A stretch of 64,000 nt of DNA from Amphiscolops sp. MND2022 (Eukaryota). The stretch lies in NCBI GenBank assembly GCA_964187785.1, contig OZ076409.1, positions 70,620,001 through 70,684,000 of the forward strand, given 5' to 3'. Under the pieces are notes generated by a model that was given only the letters and a program-made list of their open reading frames with translations, did no database searches and was not told the DNA's origin. Positions 1 through 8,002 of this stretch are shown one piece after another; position 1 is the first letter of the stretch, and every line of letters begins with the position of its first letter. The translations under genes and the position numbers were made by a program.

Positions 1-349
1 CATTCGGAAATAACCGTTATGTTGACCCCAAAGTCCCCCTGGTACCGTAAATGACCGGAAATGGTCAAATTTTCTGTTTATAGGGTACAAATGTTTGGTA
101 TTTTGTAGATAAAAGTATCTATTAGGTGTTTCGACGGTCTGCAGTAGTGAACATAGTCATGAAACCTTGTGGGGGGTAACGGTATATAGCACCGGAAGTC
201 CAAACCGTTGGAGACAGGATAGGTTTTTTGGTTTTGAAATGTCTTTCGGCGTACTTTTGTCGACTATTAAGGACTACTTTTAAAAATTAAAGTTTTTCCA
301 TATAGTTTTAGAGACTCCGAAACCTCAACCAACATAACCGTTACCTCAT

Positions 350-393
350 GATAGCCTTTCAAGTTGGCCCGGTGTCAACTTGGAAGGGCTATC
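350..393. other. Family A subterminal long hairpin (one per A unit)
   Basis: GATAGCCTTTCAAGTTGGC-loop-GTCAACTTGGAAGGGCTATC; arms are complementary allowing G-T pairs and one bulge. Nearly invariant even in divergent A variants. Confidence 0.88.
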
Positions 394-694
394 CTTCAAA
401 AATCGTCAATCAAGTGTGTTTTTGGGTATGTTTGTATCATTTTAGAATCAAATAGAGCTTCAAGAAAAGTTTGCCAACGACAAAAACTATGTCGTGATGA
501 TTCTGTTATTAGAATCATAGTGAGCAAATTGTTGAAAAAAATGGTTTTTTTCCATACAAAATGTGTCCTAATTGCCAGGAAACCTATTTAACTAACAAAT
601 GGTATTGATTGGAATGTATGTAACAGAGTTATAAAAGTTCAAATTGATTATTACGTTTCATTATGGAAGCTGAAACGTAATATTTTAGTTTAAT

Positions 695-770
695 TAACGT
701 CAACGCCACACACTTTACATCAACGCCCACCGTCTGTGGGCATGCCGAGGCATGCCCTTCGACGACGTAT
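695..770 (+). other. Conserved terminal box with 20-nt palindrome (first of 35 copies)
   Basis: AACGTCAACGCCAC...CATCAACGCCCACCGTCTGTGGGCATGCCGAGGCATGCCCTTCGACGACGTAT. The inverted repeat GGGCATGCC-GA-GGCATGCCC lies at 738-757. Present before every junction in all three families. Confidence 0.95.
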
Positions 771-810
771 GGCAAATCCCTTCTAACGACGCCCGTACAT
801 CCCGGGCTAG

Positions 811-2082
811 GTGGCCGGAAATTTTTTTTTCAGCAAAATCTTTGCCATTGGGGGAGGGGCCCCGGATGGCCAGTAGTACGGGATAGCTTCCTACCAAATC
901 CAGATGGAAAAAACGTGATTTTGGAAACTAGCCGTCAGAATTTGCTCAAATTTTGCATACGGCTTCCTATAACAATCCTAAGAACTAATCCCTACTGGCA
1001 TTTTGCCCAAAAAACGCAAAAAGTTGGTCAAAATCTTAGTTTTTTGGTCAAAAAATGGCGTTTTTTCGAAAAAAAATTTTTTCAGAGACAATTACTCGGA
1101 ACTGGTTCACCTAGCGCAAAAACGCCTAGCTGATTTATTGTTGGGCACTTCATGAGGAGTGTGTATACAAATTTTCGTCCAAATCGGATAAAAGTTGATT
1201 GAGAAATAACTGAAAATTTGAGGCATTTTTTTGGAAATTTTTGAAATCCCAGTCTATCTCTGCCGTTTTTTGCCCAGATTTTTTTCCAGACACTTTCCTA
1301 AAGACCTCCCCTGGCCGGTTTACCTCCCAGCAAAACCATTTGGCCCTAAATACGGAGTTTCAGCATTCCAGCAAACCCCGGGTAAAAGATAAATGACTTA
1401 GAATTTTTTCGAAAATTTTTCAAAAAATTTTTTTTTCAAATTCAGGCCTCCTAAAGTCAAGAAAGTTCCACACAACTAGGATTGCAAGTGATAGCATGTG
1501 GAAAGTGCTTGAATAGACGAGAAAAATGAGCTTATATACGACTCTGTAGCTTAACTTGACGTTGACTTATGATAATTTTAGTGTGAGCTTCGTATGTGCT
1601 GAAAAAATCAAAGAAACCTAAAAGTCTTTTAAAAGTAATCAGAATACGTCCAATGAACCACAGAGCTGTTAAATTGCCGTTGTGCAGTAGAGCAACACCA
1701 TTTAGAGTATTTTGACCCATTTTGATAAGTTTTGATACCGTCTTGTTCTTCTGATAGCACAAAACAGTTGAGTACATTCCATCTCCCCCCTTGTGGGGGA
1801 GATGAGAATGTACTCGCTAAAAGTCAGGTACTATAGCACCCATTTTGTTTTATTCGACGCTAGCGATGCTATTGCACACGAATACAATAGTTTTGTCAAA
1901 TAATGTTTAACATGATGAATCTTACTATACCTTTAGTGTACGTTAACCTACTACTACAACATCGCATCCGTAACGTCAACGCCACATACTCGCTTCAGCG
2001 CCCACCGTCCGTGGGCATGCCGAGGCATGCCCTTCGACGACGTATGCCAAATAGCGCCACACGGCGCAAACATTCCCGCTAG
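811..2082 (+). repeat. Family B unit (head type B1, 1272 bp) with C-like 3' half
   Basis: Starts GTGGCCGGAAATTTT and contains the B core CCATTTGGCCCTAAATACGGAGTTTCAGC. Hairpin at 1770-1815. Ends with the common terminal box and CTAG. Confidence 0.93.
1770..1815. other. Family B/C subterminal long hairpin (one per B and C unit)
   Basis: GAGTACATTCCATCTCCCCC-CTTGT-GGGGGAGATGAGAATGTACTC. The stem is kept while the loop varies among the 9 copies. Confidence 0.9.
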
Positions 2083-4056
2083 GTGCGGGGGGGTAACCCC
2101 TACAAAGATATTGGAGGATTCGGGTAGGGTCCTGAATCCGAGTTCAGTGCTGCCAGCTATCGTTAGGGATTTGAGAAAATTTTGCCGATCTCGTGATCTA
2201 ACCGTAGGATTTTAAAGTTGGAGCGGCCCCCACCAGATTTTCCAAAGTTATTCGCCCCCCACCGGGTTCCAGCGTGATTGAAATATTTTGACGGGGTACA
2301 CGGGCGACCGTTAGGGGTCATTTTGGGGGTAAAATTTATATCCGGTCGCATAACTTTTTTCCTGTTGGTTTAAAACTTTGGGACCCTGCTAAAAGTTTCT
2401 TGACCTTGTTGCAGTGGCTCCGGAGGTCCAAACCAAATTTTTCTATCTTGAAGCTATCTCCAAGTACCCCCCCGCCCAAACCGTTATTTTTCCGGAAACG
2501 CAGGTTTTTGACCCGGAAGGAGTCGTCTGAGCGCGGGGTCGTTAGGTGATGTATTGGGGACGGCCTTGAGACGAAGCGGGGGACATGTAGTTTGCCGACC
2601 CCAGTTTACCCCCCGGACGGGAAATGACCGTTATTTGAGCGGGAAAAATGCCCCCCTCCACGTTTTACCGCTATTTCCGGTGTGAAGGAGTGGGAGTAGC
2701 GCGTCGGGTGTTATATAACAAAAGTAGGTTTAGACAAGGACCTATCGGAAACATGTGGTTTGGGACCCCCAGGCCCAACCCGTTAGCGGGAAATGGGGCT
2801 TCCGCCTCCTTTTTTTACTGCTAAAACCGTAAAATGGGCATTGAGGGGTAAATATCTCGTGAACGCGTGGAGCTACAGTGTCCATCACTACTACAAGGTT
2901 TCATACCCATGATATGGTGCCTTCAGGGGGGCAAACAGATTTCCGCTATCTATCACCGTTACGGACTTGGCCCCCCAGCCTAACCGCTATGTGACCGGAA
3001 ATGTCACTTTTTGAGCCCAAAGGGTCGGTCCCAGCCAGGGAACGTTAGGTAACTTATTGTAGTACTCAATGAGACGAGTTGGGGGACATAGTTTCAGTCA
3101 CCCCCCGTTACCCCTTGGGACCGGAAATGACCGTTATGTGGGTAAAATTGCAATATATGTACTTTTTAAAGGATTTTTAGATGCGGAAGGAGTGGTAATA
3201 GGTGCTTGGACACTATATGATGATAGGGAGGACGTGAGGCGAGCATTCGGAAATAACCGTTATGTTGACCCTAAAGTCCCCCTGGTACCGTAAATGACCG
3301 GAAATGGTCAAATTTCGTGTTTAAAGGGTACAAATGTTTGGTGTTTTATGGATAACAGTACCTATTAGGTGTTTCGACGGTATGCAGTCGTGAACATAGT
3401 CATGAAACCTTGTGGGGGGTAACGGTATATAGCACCGGAAGTGCAAACTGTTGGAGACAGGATAAGTTTTTTGGTTTTAAAATGTCTTTCGGCCTACTTT
3501 TGTTGACTATTATGGACTATTTTTGAAAAATAAAGTTTTTCCATATAGTTTCAGAGACTCCGAAACCTCAACCAACATAACCGTTACCTTATGATAGCCT
3601 TTCAAGTTGGCCTGGTGTCAACTTGGAAGGGCTATCCTTCAAAAATCATTAATCAAGTGTGTTTTTGAGTATGTTTGTTTTACTTTAGAATCAATTAGAG
3701 CTTCAAGAAAAGTTTGCCAACGATAAAAACTATGTCGTGATGATTCCGTTATTAGAAAAATAGTTAACAAAATATTGATAAAGTTGATTTTTTACATTTC
3801 AAATGTGTCCTAAATGCCAGAAAAACTCTTTACCAAACAAATGGTATTGATTGGATTGTATATAACAGCTAATAAAAGTTCAAATTGAATATTACGTTTC
3901 ATTATGGAAGCTGAAACGTCATATTATAGATTCATTACTGTCAACGCCACATACTTTACATCAACGCCCACCGTCCGTAGGCATGCCGAGGCATGCCTTT
4001 CGACGACGTATACCAAATTCCACCCACACAACACCCCCGAGCGCGGTAGCAGCTAG
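2083..4056 (+). mobile_element. Representative family-A unit, putative non-autonomous Helitron-like or site-specifically integrating element
   Basis: Discrete ends (GTG...CTAG), subterminal palindrome, no TIRs, no target-site duplication, no poly(A), no coding capacity. A 3' CTAG with an upstream hairpin resembles Helitron 3' ends (CTRR), but the 5' end is GTG rather than TC, so the class assignment is inference. Confidence 0.45.
2089..2139 (+). other. Family A head hairpins
   Basis: GGGG-GTAA-CCCC (or GGGG-GAAA-CCCC) at 2089-2100, then GGATTCGGG-TAGGGT-CCTGAATCC at 2116-2139. Confidence 0.75.
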
Positions 4057-7000
4057 GTGCGGGGGGGTAACCCCTACAAAGATATTGGAGGATTCGGGTA
4101 GGGTCCTGAATCCGAGTTCAGTGCTGCCAGCTATCGTTAGGGATTTTAGAAAATTTTGCCGATCTCGTGATCTAACCGTAGGATTTTAAAGTTGGAGCGG
4201 CCCCCACCAGATTTTCCAAAGTTATTCGCCCCCCACCGGGTTCCAGCGTGATTGAAATATTTTGTCGGGGTACACGGGCGACCGTTAGGGGTCATTTTGG
4301 GGGTAAAATTTATATCCGGTCGCATAACTTTTTTCCTGTTGGTTTAAAACTTTGGGACCCTGCTAAAAGTTTCTTGACCTTGTTGCAGTGGCTCCGGAGG
4401 TCCAAACCAAATTTTTCTATCTTGAAGCTATCTCCAAGTACCCCCCCGCCCAAACCGTTATTTTTCCGGAAACGCAGGTTTTTGACCCGGAAGGAGTCGT
4501 CTGAGCGCGGGGTCGTTAGGTGATGTATTGGGGACGGCCTTGAGACGAAGCGGGGGACATGTAGTTTGCCGACCCCAGTTTACCCCCCGGACGGGAAATG
4601 ACCGTTATATGAGCGGGAAAAAAGCCCCCCTCCACGTTTTACCGCTATTTCCGGTGTGAAGGAGTGGGAGTAGCGCGTCGGGTGTTATATAACAAAAGTA
4701 GGTTTAGACAAGGACCTATCGGAAACATGTAGTTTGGGACCCCCTGGACCAACCCGTTAGCGGGAAATGGGGCTTCCGCCTCCTTTTTTTACTGCTAAAA
4801 CCGTAAAATGGGCATTGAGGGGTAAATATCTCGTGAACGCGTGGAGCAATCGTGTCCATCACTACTACAAGGTTTCATACCCATGATATGGTGCCTTCAG
4901 GGGGGCAAACAGATTTCCGCTATCTATCACCGTTACCGACTTGGCCCCCCAGCCTAACCGCTATGTGACCGGAAATGTCACTTTTTGAGCCCAAAGGGTC
5001 GGTCCCAGACGGGGAACGTTAGGTAACTTATTGTAGTACTCAATGAGACGAGTTGGGGGATATAGTTTCAGTCACCCCCCGTTACCCCTTGGGACCGGAA
5101 ATGACCGTTATGTGGGTAAAATTGCAATTTTTATACTTTCTCAAGTGTATTTAGGTGCGGAAGGAGTGGTAATAGGTGCTTGGACACTATATGAGGTAAG
5201 GGAGGACGTGAGGCGAGCATTCGGAAATAACCGTTATGTTGACCCTAAAGTCCCCCTGGTACCGTAAACCACCGGAAATGGTCAAATTTTGTGTCTATTG
5301 GGTACAAATGTTTTGTATTTTGTAGATAAAAGTATCTATTAGGTGTTTCGACGGTCTACAGTAGTGAACATAGTCATGAAACCTTGTGGGGGGTAACGGT
5401 ATATAGCACCGGAAGTCAAACCGTTGGAGACAGGATAGGTTTTTTGGTTTTAAAATGTCTTTCGGCGTAATTTTTTCGACTCTTGTGGACTATTTTTAAA
5501 AATTAAAGTTTTTCCATATAGTTTCAGAGACTCCGAAACCTCAACCAACATAACCGTTACCTTATGATAGCCTTTCAAGTTGGCCTGGTGTCAACTTGGA
5601 AGCGCTATCCTTCTGAAATCGTTAATCAAGAGTGTTTTTGGGTAGGTATATATTGCATTAGTACCAATTAGAGCTTCATCAACAGTGTATCAACGACAAA
5701 AACTATGCCGTCATGATTCCGTTATTAGAATCATAGTGAGCAAATTGTTGAAAAAAAATGGTTTTTTCCATACAAAATGTGTCCTAAATGCCAGGAAACC
5801 TATTTACCTAACAAATGGTATTAATTGGAATGTAAGTAACAGATTTATAAAAGTTCAAATTGAATATTACATTTCATTATGGAAGCTGAAACGTCATATT
5901 TTAGTTTAATTAACGTCAACGCCACACACTTTACATCAACGCACACCGTCTGTGGGCATGCCGAGGCATGCCCTTCGACGACGTATGACAAATCCATATC
6001 AAACGACGCCCGTACATGCCGGGCTAGGTGCGGGGGGGTAACCCCAACAAAGATATTGGAGGATTCGGGTAGGGTCCTGAATCCGATCTTAGTACCGTCA
6101 GCTATCAGTAGAAAATTTCCCTCAAAAACCGGGATCTCGGGAACTAACCGTAGGATTTGAAAGTTGGAGCGGCCCCCACCAGATTTTCCCAAATAGATCG
6201 CCCCCCACCGGGCTCCATACCCCGGAAAATTTTTTTTTGGCCACACGGGCGACTGTTAGGGGGTCATTTTAGGGGTAAAATTCATATTGGTCCATATAAC
6301 TTTTTTTCTGTTGGTTTAAAAGTTTGGGAACCCTTCTAAAGGTTTTTCGACCATGTTGCAAGGGCTCCGGAGGTGCAAACCAAATTTTTCTATCTTGAAG
6401 CTATCTCCAAGTACCCCCCCGCTCAAACCGTTATTTTTCCGGAAACGCAGGTTTTTGACCCGGAAGGAGTCGTCTGAGCGCGGGGTCGTTAGGTGATGTT
6501 TTGGGGACGGCCTTGAGACAAAGTGGGGGACAAGTAGTTTGCCAACCTTAATTTACCCCCCGGACGGGAAATGACCGTTATATGAGCGTGAAAAATGCCC
6601 ACCTCCACGTTTTACCGCTATTTCCGGTGTGAAGGTGTGGGAGTAGCGCGTCGGGTGCCATATATCAAAAGTAGGTTTAGACAAGGATCTATCAAAAACA
6701 TGTGGTTTGGGACCCCCTGACCCAACCCGTTAGCGGGAAATGGGGCTTCCGCCTCCTTTTTTTTCGGTTAAAAACGGAAAATGGGCATTGAGGGGTAAAT
6801 ATCTCGTGAACGCGTGGAGCTACGGTGTCCTTCACTACTACAAGGTTTCATACCCATGATATGGTGCCTTCAGGGGGGCAAACAGATTTCCGCTATCTAT
6901 CACCGTTACGGACTTGGCCCCCCAGCCTAACCGCTATGTGACCGGAAATGTCACTTTTTGAGCCCAAAGGGTCGGTCCCAGCCAGGGAACGTTAGATAAC

Positions 7001-8002
7001 TTTTTGTAGTACTCATTGAGACGAGTTGGGGGACATAGTTTCAGTCACCCCCCGTTACCCCTTGTGACCGGAAATGACCGTTATGTGGGTAAAATTGGGA
7101 TTTTTGTACTTTTTGAAGGGCAATTAGGTGCGGAAGGAGTGGTAATAGGTGCTTGGACACTATATGATGGAATGGAGGACGTGAGGCGAACATTCAGACA
7201 TAACCGTTATGTTGACCCTAAAGTCCCCCTGGTACCGTAAACGACCGGAAATGGTCAAATTTTGTGTCTATTGGGTACAAATGTTTGGTATTTTGTAAAT
7301 AAAAGTATCTATTAGGTGTTTCGACGGTCTGCAGTAGTGAACATAGTCATGAAACCTTGTGGGGGGTAACGGTATATAGCACCGGAAGTCCAAAACGTTA
7401 GAGACGGGATAGGTTTTTCCGTTTTAAAATGTCTTTCGGCGTACTTTTGTCAACTAATATGGAATATTTTTTAAAATTAAAGTTTTTCCATATAGTTTCA
7501 GAGACTCCCAAACCTCAAACAACATAACCGTTACCTTATGATAGCCTTTCAAGTTGGCCTGGTGTCAACTTGGAAGGGCTATCCTTCAAAAATCGTTGAT
7601 CAAGTGTGTTTTTGGGTATGTTTGAATCATTTTAGAATCAATTAGAGCTTCAAGAAATGTTTGCCAACGACAAAAACTATGTCGTGATGATTCCGTTATT
7701 AGAGTAATAGTTAACAAAATATTGATTAAGTTGATTTTTTACATTTCAAAAGTGTCCTAAAAGCCAGAAAACCTCTTTACCAAACAAATGGTATTGATTG
7801 GATTGTATATAACAGGTAATAAAAGTTCAAATTGATTATTACGTTTTATTATGTAAGCTGAAACGTCATATTATAGTTTAATTAACGTCAACGCCACATA
7901 CTTTACACCAACGCCCACCGTCTGTGGGCATGCCGAGGCATGCCCTTCGACGACGTATACCAAATACATTTCATATCTACACCCACCCGCGGTAGCAGCT
8001 AG

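Larger units (their letters stand above)
1..810 (+). repeat. Family A unit, 3' part (truncated by window edge)
   Basis: Matches the last ~810 nt of A units. It shares the tail GGCAAATCCCTTCTAACGACGCCCGTACATCCCGGGCTAG with unit 48404-50374. Confidence 0.95.
2083..8002 (+). repeat. Three family A units (2083-4056, 4057-6027, 6028-8002)
   Basis: Each starts GTGCGGGGGGG and is 1971-1975 bp, colinear over its full length. Confidence 0.96.

Noticed and set aside
725..741. Alternative hairpin GCCCAC-CGTCT-GTGGGC overlapping the palindrome
   Set aside because: Weakened without compensation in the GTAGGC and GCACAC variants, so it is less supported than the main palindrome.
695..813. CRISPR-like pattern (palindromic repeat followed by a ~35-nt variable segment)
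   Set aside because: Repeats are 1.3-2.2 kb apart, the variable segments recur and are related to one another, and there are no cas genes.
1108..1116. CACCTAGCG, an inverted copy of the junction core inside a B1 unit
   Set aside because: Not conserved in the sister unit (CACCCAGCG near 8301); probably chance.
1400..1445. Self-complementary A/T tracts (e.g. TTTTTTCGAAAATTTTTCAAAAAATTTTTT) in B/C units
   Set aside because: Low-complexity homopolymer runs of variable length; they may bend DNA, but I cannot support a specific function.
2083..2140. Group II intron or hammerhead-retrozyme interpretation
   Set aside because: GTGCG is present only in family A. I found no domain V/VI or AY 3' end, and no conserved CTGANGA...GAAA hammerhead core by eye.
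3069..3293. Recurrent 74-99 aa ORF 'MRRVGG...' in most A units
   Set aside because: Recurrence follows from the DNA repeat. The start varies (ATG/TTG, absent in unit 20440), the stop varies (74/85/99 aa), the copy near 29330 is frameshifted, substitutions are largely non-synonymous, and I recognise no domain.
2083..4056. rDNA, 5S, tRNA, snRNA or histone tandem gene unit
   Set aside because: I recognised no rRNA, tRNA cloverleaf, snRNA or histone sequence on either strand by eye. An Rfam scan would be needed to exclude a divergent small RNA.
2083..4056. Canonical Helitron, TIR transposon/MITE, LTR or SINE assignment
   Set aside because: There is no 5' TC or A|T insertion context, and the main palindrome is farther from CTAG than the usual ~10-15 nt. 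No terminal inverted repeats, TSDs, TG...CA ends or poly(A) tails are present. Kept only as 'Helitron-like'.
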